DNA of 64,000 nucleotides from Minisyncoccota bacterium. GTDB taxonomy: Bacteria > Patescibacteriota > Minisyncoccia > Phycocordibacterales > CAIJYI01. The position numbers and the translations under genes are program-made. Positions 20,103 through 30,190 of the stretch are shown piece after piece. How positions within the stretch are numbered: position 1 is the stretch's first letter; every line of letters begins with the position of its first letter. The stretch is taken from assembly GCA_023229825.1 (NCBI GenBank), contig JALNYN010000005.1, positions 1,933 to 65,932 of the forward strand. Direction: 5' to 3'. The notes under the pieces were generated by a model. That model was not told the DNA's origin. It did no database searches and worked only from the letters and a program-made list of their open reading frames with translations.

Positions 20103-20594
20103 TCACTTATTATAACTTCTGTAATTCCAGATCGCCCATCCTATCGCGAGGAAGCTGAGAGCTGTGATCGCGGCAATGCTATGCAGGTCTGAAAGAGAGT
20201 CTATTCCAGCCACGAGCTGACCGATCGTTTTAAGATGGTTAACGATGACCACGAGACCGATCACGAGAGCGATGAGCGGAAGACCGATCGAGCGTAGAAC
20301 CTTGTTGCCGGTCCGGCGCGGCGCGCGCTCATGCCATTCGTCGTCAGTGTCAGCATATTTATATATGAAAAAGAAAATGACGAATATCGCAGCCGTTAAA
20401 CCCCAAACCCACGCTTGTGGATAGCTGCTTGCATAGGTTATCTGTGAAAGCGGGAAATAAGAGAGGAGGGCAACGAGCGTCGCGCAGATATACGGACCGG
20501 ACCTTGGATCGGCCCAAAATGCTTTTAATACACTAACGATGCCGATGGCTATTTCACTTGGTGTTTCAAATAACTTTTTTAAAACTTTGTTCAT
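20103..20594 (-). CDS. Hypothetical membrane protein (about 4 TM)
   Basis: AAGGAGG SD before ATG; hydrophobic segments. Confidence 0.7.
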   Translation of the reverse strand: MNKVLKKLFETPSEIAIGIVSVLKAFWADPRSGPYICATLVALLSYFPLSQITYASSYPQAWVWGLTAAIFVIFFFIYKYADTDDEWHERAPRRTGNKVLRSIGLPLIALVIGLVVIVNHLKTIGQLVAGIDSLSDLHSIAAITALSFLAIGWAIWNYRSYNK

Positions 20595-20808
20595 TGGGAG
20601 AACCTCCTTAATGAGCGTTAAACAAGACCTATTTTCTTCATACCATAAAAATAGAATCGACGCAATGTGCCCTTGACTTTCTCTATGTTTTAACGCATAT
20701 TGTTACTAGTTTTCGGTATTGACGAAAGGATTCAATAATACTGCGAGAACCTTGACATACCCGTTTTTACAGCGGGAAAATTTATATGGAAAGAGAACAG
20801 GAGGAAAC

Positions 20809-21873
20809 ATGAAGAAAGAATCATGCTTTATCATTCGGCGCGAAGTTCTTTTTGATTGGGTGGAAACGCTCATGAAAGAAGAAAAAATTCTGGCACCTGT
20901 AGAAACAGACGACGGAAAATTCGCGTTTGAATTTCTGAACAAAGCGGAAGAAATTCGTCTCAATTATGATACGACCAATCTGCCGCCGACACAAAAGATC
21001 TTTATGCCGCAAGACGAAAAGGTCATCACTTGGAAAAAAGTGGACGGAAAAACGGTTTTTGGACCGGGCGACGGTCCGACACCGATGGTAGTCTTCGGCA
21101 TGCATCCGTACGATATCCACGCGATCAAAGTGTGGGATGACGTAATGGGTGAAAAACGAAACGCCTTGGCAGACCCTCAGTATCTTGCTCAAAGAGAAGT
21201 TACTGCGGTTATCGGTCTTGACGTTATCGTGCCTCCGCCAAATTCATTCTGCGAAAGTCTTGGTACGCACATTGCGACCGAGAACTACGACATTATGTTG
21301 ACGGACTTGTTCGACGGACGTTATTTCGTTGAAGTGGCGACACATCGCGGAATGTCATTATTCCTGTCGGTTTCAGATTTTGATGACGCCACCCCGAATG
21401 ATCACAAGCTTCGTCGATTGGTTCGCGAAGAGATCGCGACTCGTTATCCGGAAACTCTGCCGGTTCCCATAGGGGAACTGCACGAGTTTCTCGAAAAACG
21501 CATTCACCATCCTTATTTTGATGTCACCGGCGAACTTTGCGTGGCGTGCGCGAAATGCACATTTGTGTGCCCGACGTGTACCTGCTGCAACATAAAAGAA
21601 GAACCGGCATTGGACGGACAAAGCGGCTGTCGAGTGCGCGAATGCGATTCTTGCCAATTGCCGGGATTTACCAAAATGGCCGGCGGCGTGATCGCTCGGA
21701 AATCTCCGGGCGCGAGAGTGCGTCATCGCATTCTTGATAAATTCGATTATCATCACGGCTGTGCTGCATCGTGTGTCGGTTGCGGAAGATGCGTTCGCGC
21801 TTGTCCTGCAGATATTGCCGATCCGATAAAAGCGCTTAACCTATTGAGAGACGAGGAGGTTCCTCATGAGTAA
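20809..21873 (+). CDS. Group 3b-type (sulfhydrogenase) [NiFe]-hydrogenase beta subunit, Fe-S (HydB/AsrA-like)
   Basis: CVACAKCTFVCPTC and CVGCGRCVRACP; AGGAGG SD before ATG 20809. Confidence 0.85.
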   Translation: MKKESCFIIRREVLFDWVETLMKEEKILAPVETDDGKFAFEFLNKAEEIRLNYDTTNLPPTQKIFMPQDEKVITWKKVDGKTVFGPGDGPTPMVVFGMHPYDIHAIKVWDDVMGEKRNALADPQYLAQREVTAVIGLDVIVPPPNSFCESLGTHIATENYDIMLTDLFDGRYFVEVATHRGMSLFLSVSDFDDATPNDHKLRRLVREEIATRYPETLPVPIGELHEFLEKRIHHPYFDVTGELCVACAKCTFVCPTCTCCNIKEEPALDGQSGCRVRECDSCQLPGFTKMAGGVIARKSPGARVRHRILDKFDYHHGCAASCVGCGRCVRACPADIADPIKALNLLRDEEVPHE

Positions 21874-22741
21874 TTGTGAAAATCAATATCTCTATGTTCC
21901 GAGAACTGCACGGATCCTCGAAATTGAGGAACTGACAGATAAGGAAAAGAGATTCTTGCTGAAATTTGATAACGGTACAGAAATCGGTCCCGGAGAGTTC
22001 GTGGCCGTATATGCGCCGGGTATCGGTGAAGCGCCGATATCGCTCTGTTCATCTCCTTTTGACAAAGAAACATTTGAGATCGCTGTGCGAAGGATCGACC
22101 CTCCGGAAGGAAGGCACGATGAAGCATACGTCCAAACGCTGATGAACGTCACGACCTATATTCACACGAAAAAGGTCGGCGACACTCTGGATATCCGCGG
22201 TCCGTTCGGACGCGAATTTCCGGTTCATGAATTGAAAGGAAAAAACATTGCCGTCATCGTCGGCGGTATCGGTCTCTTTCCGGGGGTAAGACCTCTGCGA
22301 GAGATCGCTAAAACGAGGGAAGATTTCAAAAAGGTATTCGTGCTCTTCGGAACACGCTCACCTGCTGAAAGATACTTCCCACGGCTGCTTGATGAATGGA
22401 CCGAATCCAAGATCTTTGATGTTCGCGAAGCCTATGAAAGGCTGGCGAACGGAGAAAAAGGCGGTTTCGTTACGGGCGTTCTTGATGCGATCGAAGGTTG
22501 CAAACCGGAAGATACGGCGGTCTATATCGTCGGCCCTTCCGTCATGTTCAAGCCCGTTATGGCGACTCTGGAAAAATATAATCTTTTCGATGAAAATGTT
22601 TATTTTTCGCTGGAACGTCAGATGCGTTGCTGCGTCGGACGCTGCGGACATTGTCGTATCAATGACGTGCTCACTTGCGTCGACGGACCCGTATTTTCGC
22701 TGAAAGAGATCAAAGACAGACGTCTTTGGGAGGCATTATAA
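21866..22741 (+). CDS. Hydrogenase gamma subunit, FAD/NAD(P)-binding (HydG/AsrB-like)
   Basis: GEAPISL, RGPFG, GGIG, ERQMRCCVGRCGHC..CVDGPVF. Confidence 0.88.
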   Translation: MSNCENQYLYVPRTARILEIEELTDKEKRFLLKFDNGTEIGPGEFVAVYAPGIGEAPISLCSSPFDKETFEIAVRRIDPPEGRHDEAYVQTLMNVTTYIHTKKVGDTLDIRGPFGREFPVHELKGKNIAVIVGGIGLFPGVRPLREIAKTREDFKKVFVLFGTRSPAERYFPRLLDEWTESKIFDVREAYERLANGEKGGFVTGVLDAIEGCKPEDTAVYIVGPSVMFKPVMATLEKYNLFDENVYFSLERQMRCCVGRCGHCRINDVLTCVDGPVFSLKEIKDRRLWEAL

Positions 22742-23541
22742 TGAGTAAGTTGGAAGAATATACCCTTCGCGCGAAGCGCGGAGATAAGCCGACGCTCGTC
22801 TATGCCGAGCTCGGAAGCTGTGACGGATGTTCGATGGTCATCGTCAACTTGGACGGAACGTTGCTTGACTTGAATAATGTTTTCGATATCAAGCAAATGC
22901 GTATCGCCATCAGAGGCGTTTACGACGGTCCGATCGATGTACTGATGGTTGAAGGCGCGGTAACGTGTGAGGAAGAAGCGGAAGAACTCCGTGAATTTCG
23001 CGCTCGTGCCGATTATGTTATCGCTGTTGGGGCGTGTGCCGAGCTGGGAGGAATTCCGGGGATGGCGCCTCCATTTGCGGTGAAGCGGGCTCAAGAAGGA
23101 AAATTCGGAGCTCACGTACAGGGACAACGGCCCATAGCGCCGCGTCCGGTCGCTGAGATCATTAAAGTCGATGCCGTTATCCACGGCTGTCCGATCACCA
23201 CGGCAGATGCTGTGCGGGCGATCAGAATTATCCTCGCAGGCGGAAGACCGGATTATACCGATCGTCCTGTTTGTGCGGAATGCGTGTTGCAGGATAACGG
23301 TTGTCTGTTGTTCGAAGGTCGTGCATGTCTTGGTGCGGTAACGCGCGCCGGATGTAATGCCTATTGTCCGTCGAACGGAGGTTTCTGCTGGGCTTGCCGC
23401 GGATTGCTTCCCGACGCTCCTCTCAATGCTTTGTATAATGTGGCGAAGGTCCATGATATACCGCAAGCGGAGGTCGACAGAAAATTACGAATGGCTAATC
23501 AACGCCATTTCACTCTGATTGAAGAAAAGGAGAAGAAATAA
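22741..23541 (+). CDS. Hydrogenase delta (small) subunit
   Basis: SCDGC, VEGAV, AVGACA..GG, GCP, CAEC, CLG..TRAGC, CWACRG. Confidence 0.88.
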   Translation: MSKLEEYTLRAKRGDKPTLVYAELGSCDGCSMVIVNLDGTLLDLNNVFDIKQMRIAIRGVYDGPIDVLMVEGAVTCEEEAEELREFRARADYVIAVGACAELGGIPGMAPPFAVKRAQEGKFGAHVQGQRPIAPRPVAEIIKVDAVIHGCPITTADAVRAIRIILAGGRPDYTDRPVCAECVLQDNGCLLFEGRACLGAVTRAGCNAYCPSNGGFCWACRGLLPDAPLNALYNVAKVHDIPQAEVDRKLRMANQRHFTLIEEKEKK

Positions 23542-25448
23542 TGTTTAACAACATTCTAAAACATCCGCTTCTTCATGCCGGCAACCACGAAATTGGAGCC
23601 AGTGTTGGAGGAAGCGGCGGAACAAATTCCAGAGCCATTGCGAGAAAAAATATCCCGATGGTCGAAGGAAAGATGTCATTTGAAGTCATTCAAAGAGTGG
23701 ACGGAAAATTCGACGTCAATTTGATCGTTGAAGAACCGCTGCGCCACTTTGAAGCGATCTGCGAAGGCAAGTCATGGGAAGAAGTTCCTATTATTGTATC
23801 GCGGATCTGCGGAGTTTGTCCTTTCCCATATGCCCTTGCTGCTTCAAAAGGAGCTGAACGCGCATTCGGGATCAAGGTATCCGACCAGACGCATCGTCTG
23901 CGTGAGATCGCACTCTACGGAAATATGTTCAACAGTCACGTGCTTCACGCGCTTGACCTCGTATTGCCAAGATTGCTTCACGTAAACAGCATTATTGAAT
24001 TTGCTGTGGCGACACCGGAAAACACCGCACTCGCGGCAAAATTGCTCGGACTTCATACTCTTGGCAACGACTTGGCTCGATTGGTCGGCGGACGGGAAGT
24101 CCACTCGATCACGATCACTCCCGGGTACATGACCGCAATTCCAAAAACGGAAGAATTGAAAGCCGTTCGCGACAGATTGGCAAATGCTCACGAAACATAT
24201 GATGTTCTCGTAAAAGTGTTTGCCGATGTTTCTGCGGGCTCAAATCCAAAACTGCCGATTCGTGAACGCGAGTTCATCGCATTGCGCGGCGATACAAAAT
24301 ATCCGTTTTACGGCAGTCTCATCGGTTCATCTAAACGCGGAACGATGACGCCGGAAGAGTTCGAACAATACAAACACGAATACGTGGTTGATAATTCGAA
24401 CTCAAAGCAAGTGCATACCGATGAGAGCGATTCTTACATGGTGGGTGCGCTGGCACGACTCAATATCAACAGCGATCTGATCTGTGAAGAAGCTAAAAAA
24501 GACATGGAAACCCTCGGGCTTTCATTGCCGAATTACGATCCATACATGAACACCGCCGCTCAATTGGTGGAAGGCCGTCAAGTTCTCATCGACGCGGTAA
24601 AAGCGATCGATGAATTATTGGCGATCGGATTGAAAAAAGAAAAACGTCCTCGCATCGTTCCTCGTGAAGGATATGGGGCGGGTTATCTCGAAGCTCCGCG
24701 CGGCATGATCTGGCATGAATATCGTTATGATAAAAATGGCTTGGTTACTTGGGCGAACTGCATCATTCCGACAGGGATGAATACCGGCAGTATGCAGGAA
24801 GACTTGGAACATTTTTCCGAACATCTTCTCGGCGAAGCTCATGCAAGCGATGAAGAGATCGGATATGATCTCGACTTATTGCTTGCTCATTATGACCCAT
24901 GCAATTCTTGCGCGGTGCACGTCGTGCGTTTAGGTTCCAAAAATGAACCAAAAATAACACTTGCACGGGATGCAAAAGTTGCGGTCGTTTCTATCGGCAA
25001 TACGCTTGCCGGAGATGACGCGGTCGGTAATGTTGTGGTGGAGGAAATAAAACATCATGGTGTAGAGGGAAACGTCGATTACATTCATGGCGGAGTCAGC
25101 GGCCTCACGATCTTGGAAGATCTGGCGGCAGAAAAGTACGACGCGATATATTTTATTGATGCCGTTGACGGACTTTCTCGAGTCGGGGAAGTGATAAAAT
25201 TAACCGGAGAAGAACTGCTTGAAAAAGCGCAAGAGTCAGAACCGGCTTTATCTCTTCACCAAGGCGACTTCACTCATGCTTTCAGGTTGGCAAGAGCCGT
25301 TAAGCTCGAGGTGCCTGAAAAAGTTTTGTTCTTTGGCATACAGGTCGGACAAACCGAAGTCGGTATGGGTCTGACGGCAGAGATAGATACTCATGAAATT
25401 GCTCACGCAATAATCCATGAGATCGAGGATGATCTATATAGCAAATAA
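23541..25448 (+). CDS. [NiFe]-hydrogenase large (alpha) subunit fused to a C-terminal HyaD/HycI-type maturation protease
   Basis: L1 RICGVC, EAPRG, L2 DPCNSCAVH ending at 24920; then GN.L.GDDAVG, IDAV, SLH protease motifs. Confidence 0.9.
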   Translation: MFNNILKHPLLHAGNHEIGASVGGSGGTNSRAIARKNIPMVEGKMSFEVIQRVDGKFDVNLIVEEPLRHFEAICEGKSWEEVPIIVSRICGVCPFPYALAASKGAERAFGIKVSDQTHRLREIALYGNMFNSHVLHALDLVLPRLLHVNSIIEFAVATPENTALAAKLLGLHTLGNDLARLVGGREVHSITITPGYMTAIPKTEELKAVRDRLANAHETYDVLVKVFADVSAGSNPKLPIREREFIALRGDTKYPFYGSLIGSSKRGTMTPEEFEQYKHEYVVDNSNSKQVHTDESDSYMVGALARLNINSDLICEEAKKDMETLGLSLPNYDPYMNTAAQLVEGRQVLIDAVKAIDELLAIGLKKEKRPRIVPREGYGAGYLEAPRGMIWHEYRYDKNGLVTWANCIIPTGMNTGSMQEDLEHFSEHLLGEAHASDEEIGYDLDLLLAHYDPCNSCAVHVVRLGSKNEPKITLARDAKVAVVSIGNTLAGDDAVGNVVVEEIKHHGVEGNVDYIHGGVSGLTILEDLAAEKYDAIYFIDAVDGLSRVGEVIKLTGEELLEKAQESEPALSLHQGDFTHAFRLARAVKLEVPEKVLFFGIQVGQTEVGMGLTAEIDTHEIAHAIIHEIEDDLYSK

Positions 25449-25480
25449 TCTTATAGGTCAATGGTACATTAAGTGATCAA

Positions 25481-25508
25481 CACGGCGCCCTCGGGCGCCG
25501 TTTTTTTT
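25481..25508 (+). terminator. Rho-independent terminator of the hydrogenase operon
   Basis: acggcgccc-tc-gggcgccgt + long T run. Confidence 0.85.
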
Positions 25509-25537
25509 ATAGTAAAGCAAGCGGAAATTACTCGTCG

Positions 25538-25651
25538 TCGTTCCTCCTCCCCCTCTTCAGAGGGGAGGACTGAGGTGGGGTGGTCTTTCAAACAGCTCTC
25601 GATATCACACCCCCTCTCGATCTCCCCCTCTGAAGAGGTGGAGAGGAACGA
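25538..25651. repeat. REP-like paired palindromic element, family C (CCCCTCTTCAGAGGGG type)
   Basis: Two inverted C/G-rich hairpin units with termini tcgttcctc...gaggaacga. Confidence 0.65.
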
Positions 25652-25751
25652 ACGACAATGACGCGATTGACATTATGTAAAGACTGTGATATTCTCTAAA
25701 CAGAAGTTAATTAGCGCTTCATTTAAAAATATTCAGCGCCGGGGGTGCGTT

Positions 25752-25961
25752 ATGAAAACAGAAGAGAAAGCAGAAAGACGAACAAAAGAAGAACGACGAA
25801 AATATCACCGAAGAGCGGGAGATGGCAAGGCATTATTAGCGGGTTGTGCAGCTTCTTTCCTTTTAGTAGGGGTTGCTGTTGCAACGATCGGTCCTACTGC
25901 CGCCACGATCGTAGGGATTGGTGCCGGCCTGGTATGGCTCTGGACTATAGTTCGTAAATGA
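25752..25961 (+). CDS. Small membrane protein
   Basis: Charged N-terminus + 2 hydrophobic segments; TTGACA promoter at 25668 and terminator at about 25966-26003. Confidence 0.6.
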   Translation: MKTEEKAERRTKEERRKYHRRAGDGKALLAGCAASFLLVGVAVATIGPTAATIVGIGAGLVWLWTIVRK

Positions 25962-26055
25962 AGAAAAAGCGGTTCGCCATCACGGTGAACCGCTTGCTTT
26001 TTTGCCAAAAAAATTCCATCATTAGAAAAGATAGTTATTTTCCGCGAGGTGCAAT

Positions 26056-26307
26056 ATGCTACGAGTAATATTTCTCTTTGCTTTCGCGGCGGCATTTTTT
26101 CATTTTTTTTGCGCGATAGGAAGAAGATTCAGAAAATTTATTTTTTCGCATTTTCCGGATGCTGAACATACGCAGTTTACGGGATGGATATGGTTTGCGT
26201 ACTATATAAAACTATATTTAGTCATCGGTTTGTTGGGGGCCGTTACTCTCGTTCTTGCGTGGTGCGTTTTGTATGCCCAATATAATTTTAATTGGTTTGA
26301 ATGGTAA
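26056..26307 (+). CDS. Small membrane protein
   Basis: GAGGT SD, 2 hydrophobic segments, hairpin + T run at about 26310-26338. Confidence 0.55.
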   Translation: MLRVIFLFAFAAAFFHFFCAIGRRFRKFIFSHFPDAEHTQFTGWIWFAYYIKLYLVIGLLGAVTLVLAWCVLYAQYNFNWFEW

Positions 26308-26364
26308 TTGGCTCACCTTCGCAGGCGAGCCTTTTTTTGTTGACACCCATCGTCATCCCCCCAC

Positions 26365-26397
26365 CGTCATTCCGGACCGCGATCCGGAATCCACGTC
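26365..26397. repeat. REP-like palindrome, family A (CGTCATTCCGG-N-CCGGAATCCA), single unit
   Basis: cgtcattccggaccgcgatccggaatccacgtc. Confidence 0.8.
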
Positions 26398-26405
26398 CGT
26401 CGGCG

Positions 26406-27116
26406 TTAACTAAGAAGTGTCAGAAACTCCGACAGCTCTTTTCCTTTTAATTGCCTCGACGCTCGCGGATTGAGCGCGCCGAGCGTTATGTTCATGATAC
26501 GAATTCGTTTGATATCTTTGACAGTATATCCGAGCGCTGCGCACATTCGGCGGAGCTGATGTTTTTTTCCTTCCGTAATGACAATATTTATTTTGCAATT
26601 TCCCGCTTCTTTTGCGCGTGCGGGTTTGGTTCGGTATCCTTCAATATCCACACCGCGTTCCATGTCTTTTATAAATCGCGCGGTTACCGGTTTGTCTACG
26701 GTTACCATATATTCCTTTTCGTGTTTTCTCTCCGGAGATAAAAGTTTTTCGGTGATCCTGCCATCATTGGTGAGAATAATGAGTCCGTGCGAATCTTTAT
26801 CCAGCCGGCCGATAGGGAACACTTCGCCGCGAATTTTTCCTCGGATCGCATCCTCGATGCTTTCCTCGTCATTCTGCGGACTATGCGTGATCATTCCGCG
26901 CGGTTTATAATATGCATAATACAAATACTCTTTTTTGTCGGCGCCCCTTACTGTCACGGTATCTCCTTCGTTCACCAGATCGCCCAATTTTGCCAAGCGG
27001 CCGTTTATCGTCACCTTTTTATCTTCAATGAGTATATCGGCACCGCGCCGTGTAGTCTCACCGCGAGCGGCGAGATATTTATTTATGCGGACCGGATATT
27101 CGTTTTCTTGAGTCAT
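26406..27116 (-). CDS. rRNA pseudouridine synthase with S4 domain (RsuA/RluB/RluF family)
   Basis: RINKYLA..RRGAD, YKPRG, GRLDKDSHGL, EKEY, EGKKHQLRRM. Confidence 0.92.
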   Translation of the reverse strand: MTQENEYPVRINKYLAARGETTRRGADILIEDKKVTINGRLAKLGDLVNEGDTVTVRGADKKEYLYYAYYKPRGMITHSPQNDEESIEDAIRGKIRGEVFPIGRLDKDSHGLIILTNDGRITEKLLSPERKHEKEYMVTVDKPVTARFIKDMERGVDIEGYRTKPARAKEAGNCKINIVITEGKKHQLRRMCAALGYTVKDIKRIRIMNITLGALNPRASRQLKGKELSEFLTLLS

Positions 27117-27185
27117 AGTGTTGACAACAATAGCTTGTTTATGGTATTATGTCAAGTGGATTTTAAGTAACTGCTCAAACCCTCT

Positions 27186-27266
27186 CGTCATCCCGGGCAA
27201 CGACCCGGGATCCACGGCGTAAACGGAACGACCAACGTGGATCCTGAATCCCTGTTCAGGATGACG
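27186..27266. repeat. REP-like paired element, family A
   Basis: cgtcatcccgggcaacgacccgggatccacg...cgtggatcctgaatccctgttcaggatgacg. Confidence 0.85.
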
Positions 27267-27354
27267 ACGAATGAATTTTAAAGCTTTTTTGTTTAAAAAA
27301 TAAGGGGTGTGAGCAATTACGATTTTAATTGTCAGAATTCCGAAGGAGGAATAC

Positions 27355-27987
27355 ATGAAAAAGTTTATTGGTAAGCTCGGCGTGTTTCTCGCCGATCGGT
27401 TTACCGGACGAAACGCTTGTACTTTTGAAGTGCGAGATAAAATAATGACGCGGGCGAATATGGTGACTCTGCTCGGTATTGTTTTGACGACGATCTATCT
27501 TGGTCAGTATACGCTGGGAATACTATTATTTCTTATTCCGGTTATATATCCATTGACCCCCGTGACTGACGGCGTTGATGGATTTCTTGCGGATTATTAC
27601 AATGAACACAGCAAGTGGGGAAAAATAGTGGATCCGTTTCGCGACAGATATTTCACATTCGTCGCGCTCGGAAATATCTTTATGATCGGAGGCAAGATCA
27701 TATTACTGCCTCTGCTTATGACCCTCGGTTTTGAATTGCTTATTTGGGTCGGCGGTTTGATCTTGTACGCCGTCGGTGATGTGCCGAATGTCCACTGCAT
27801 CGGAAAAGTTCGCGCAGCGGTACATTGGGCGGTCGGATACATAGTCATCATTCAATATTATTGGATCGGTACTTTTTACATTCCCATCCTGTGGCTTATG
27901 TGGATTATGGCAATCGCGAGTATTGCGGCATATGTATTTTATGTCTATCGCTATGCGATGAAAAATATAGAACATATTTCTGCGTAG
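27355..27987 (+). CDS. CDP-alcohol phosphatidyltransferase family protein
   Basis: ANMVT, DGVDGFLA..S.WGKIVDPFRD signature; multiple TM. Confidence 0.85.
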   Translation: MKKFIGKLGVFLADRFTGRNACTFEVRDKIMTRANMVTLLGIVLTTIYLGQYTLGILLFLIPVIYPLTPVTDGVDGFLADYYNEHSKWGKIVDPFRDRYFTFVALGNIFMIGGKIILLPLLMTLGFELLIWVGGLILYAVGDVPNVHCIGKVRAAVHWAVGYIVIIQYYWIGTFYIPILWLMWIMAIASIAAYVFYVYRYAMKNIEHISA

Positions 27988-28049
27988 AAGAAGAGGGGGC
28001 ATTAATGCTCCCTCGTTTTTTTACCCGAAATGTGGTATAATCGAAAAAC

Positions 28050-28766
28050 ATGAAGATAAAAACGAATCTCCATTTTCATACGGCGGATGATCCTTCTGAT
28101 CCCGTTTCTTATTCCACCAAAGAGGGGATCGACAAAGCGGTGTCTCTCGGATTCGGCGCTCTGGCGATAACCTGCCATCAGAAATATGCTTGGACGGAAG
28201 AATATTCCGAATATGCGGAAAGCAAAGGATTGCTTTTTATTCCCGGGATCGAAATATACATCGGAGAAACAAGGTCGCATTCAAAGTCTCATGTCCTCAT
28301 CCTGAACGCCACCAAAGGCGCAGAAAATATCCGTACGTTTCGCGAACTCGACGCATACAAAAAAGAACATCCCGAATCATTCATCATGGCTCCGCATCCG
28401 TATTTTTACGGAAATATTTCTCTCAAAGAATGGCTCGAAAAATACATTCATCTTTTTGATGCGGTGGAGCAATCGTGGTTTTATTCGCGCTGGTTTAACC
28501 GAAACAAAAAAGGGAAGTCGGTCGCAGAAAAACATAAACTGCCGTTCGTTTCCACTTCCGACACGCATTTTTTCGATTTTTTGGATACCAATTATTGTAC
28601 GGTAGAGGCGGAAAGCGCGTCTGTCGAAGCGATCTTTTCCGCCCTTCGCGAAGGAAAATTCGAGAACACGACATCGCGGCGAAATTTTTGGCGCGACATG
28701 GTATGGAAACAAGCAATGTTTTCCTTAAAGACGTATCTGCGCAGAAACAAGAAACGCGGTCAATAA
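28050..28766 (+). CDS. PHP domain protein
   Basis: LHFHT, ITCH, PGIEI, H, APHP, SDTH. Confidence 0.85.
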   Translation: MKIKTNLHFHTADDPSDPVSYSTKEGIDKAVSLGFGALAITCHQKYAWTEEYSEYAESKGLLFIPGIEIYIGETRSHSKSHVLILNATKGAENIRTFRELDAYKKEHPESFIMAPHPYFYGNISLKEWLEKYIHLFDAVEQSWFYSRWFNRNKKGKSVAEKHKLPFVSTSDTHFFDFLDTNYCTVEAESASVEAIFSALREGKFENTTSRRNFWRDMVWKQAMFSLKTYLRRNKKRGQ

Positions 28767-28855
28767 AAGCTCCTTCTTTGGGTACTTGCATAAATTCATT
28801 AAGTGTGGTATAATGAAAGTTACATTAAGTTTCAAAATCTTTAGTATATAGGTAC

Positions 28856-30103
28856 ATGTCGGAATTTTTGATCATCGTTACGAATATTTTGCTTTTTATC
28901 ACCTTATACGCTCAGGTGCTTTTGCTGTTTACCTTCTTTGAAAAGAAGAACGTGTTTGCGAATACCGGCGGAGGCGATGACGCGCCGCTCCAAAGATATC
29001 CCATCGTGACCATTGTCGTGCCGGTGTGGAATGAAGAAAAAACGCTCGGCGGAACCATCGAGTCGCTGCTCGCGCTCGACTATCCGAAAGACAAACTCGA
29101 CATCATCATCGTTGATGACGGAAGTACGGATCACACGCGCGAGGTGGCAAACACTTTTAAATCACATCCTGAGGTCAGAGTATATTCTAAAACGAACGGG
29201 GGAAAGCATACGGCGGTCAACCTCGGCATATCAAAAGCAAAAGGAGAATTTCTCGGCTGTCTCGATGCCGATTCCTTCGTCGACAAAGACGCGCTTACTC
29301 GCATTGTTCGCTGTTTTGAAGATCCGAAGGTCATGGCGGTCACGCCGGCGATCAAAGTTCATACTCCTGAAAATATGCTTCAAAAAATGCAGAGCGTGGA
29401 GTACGATATGGGAATTTTTCTCCGCAAGGTGTACGGTTCAATGAACGCGATCCATGTCGCCCCCGGACCTTTTTCCATTTTTCGCAAGGAAGTTTTTGAC
29501 AAACTGGGAGGTTATATAAAAGCTCATAATACCGAGGACATGGAATTTGCCATGCGAATGCACAAAAATCATTTCCCGATCGCAAATGTCTATGATTCGT
29601 ACGTGTATACCGTCACCCCGAAAACCGTCAAAGGTTTATATAAACAACGTCTGCGCTGGGTCTATGGTTTCCTCGAGAACGCATCAGATTATCGAAGCAT
29701 GATATTCAATCGAAAATACGGAAATCTGGGAATGTTCACTCTGCCCGCCGCCGTAATATCTATTTTTGCCGCGCTCTTCTTTACCGGTCTTGCCATCTCT
29801 CGTCTGCTTACCAGCGTGTGGAGGAAGATGGTGGAAATACAGGCGGTCGGAATACCCCTTCACTTCGAGTGGCCGCACTTTGATTGGTTCTTCGTAAACA
29901 CCAGCGAGACCGCCGTCGTCGTATATGCGCTTTCTCTCTCGACCATATTTGTCATTCTCGTCGGAAAGAAATTGTCGGAAGGAAACATGCGACCGAACAT
30001 GAACATGGTTTATTTTTTCTTCTTTTATGGTATTATTGCCCCAGCCTGGCTGTTTAAAGCCGTATATAATGTAGCGTTGAACAAAAAAACAACTTGGAGA
30101 TAA
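28856..30103 (+). CDS. Processive GT2 glycosyltransferase (PgaC/IcaA-like)
   Basis: DDGSTD, GGK, DAD, TED, QRLRW motifs with flanking TM. Confidence 0.9.
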   Translation: MSEFLIIVTNILLFITLYAQVLLLFTFFEKKNVFANTGGGDDAPLQRYPIVTIVVPVWNEEKTLGGTIESLLALDYPKDKLDIIIVDDGSTDHTREVANTFKSHPEVRVYSKTNGGKHTAVNLGISKAKGEFLGCLDADSFVDKDALTRIVRCFEDPKVMAVTPAIKVHTPENMLQKMQSVEYDMGIFLRKVYGSMNAIHVAPGPFSIFRKEVFDKLGGYIKAHNTEDMEFAMRMHKNHFPIANVYDSYVYTVTPKTVKGLYKQRLRWVYGFLENASDYRSMIFNRKYGNLGMFTLPAAVISIFAALFFTGLAISRLLTSVWRKMVEIQAVGIPLHFEWPHFDWFFVNTSETAVVVYALSLSTIFVILVGKKLSEGNMRPNMNMVYFFFFYGIIAPAWLFKAVYNVALNKKTTWR

Positions 30104-30105
30104 CG

Positions 30106-30186
30106 AGCTTTCAGCTGTTAGGTTTTAGGTGTTAGCTTATCGGCCGGCGGAAAGCTAAAACCTAAAACCTAAAAGCTAAAAACTAA
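30106..30186. repeat. Inverted pair of short tandem arrays (CTAAAAC/CTAAAAG-like)
   Basis: ttaggttttaggtgttagctt faces aagctaaaacctaaaacctaaaagctaaa. Confidence 0.7.
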
Positions 30187-30190
30187 ATTT

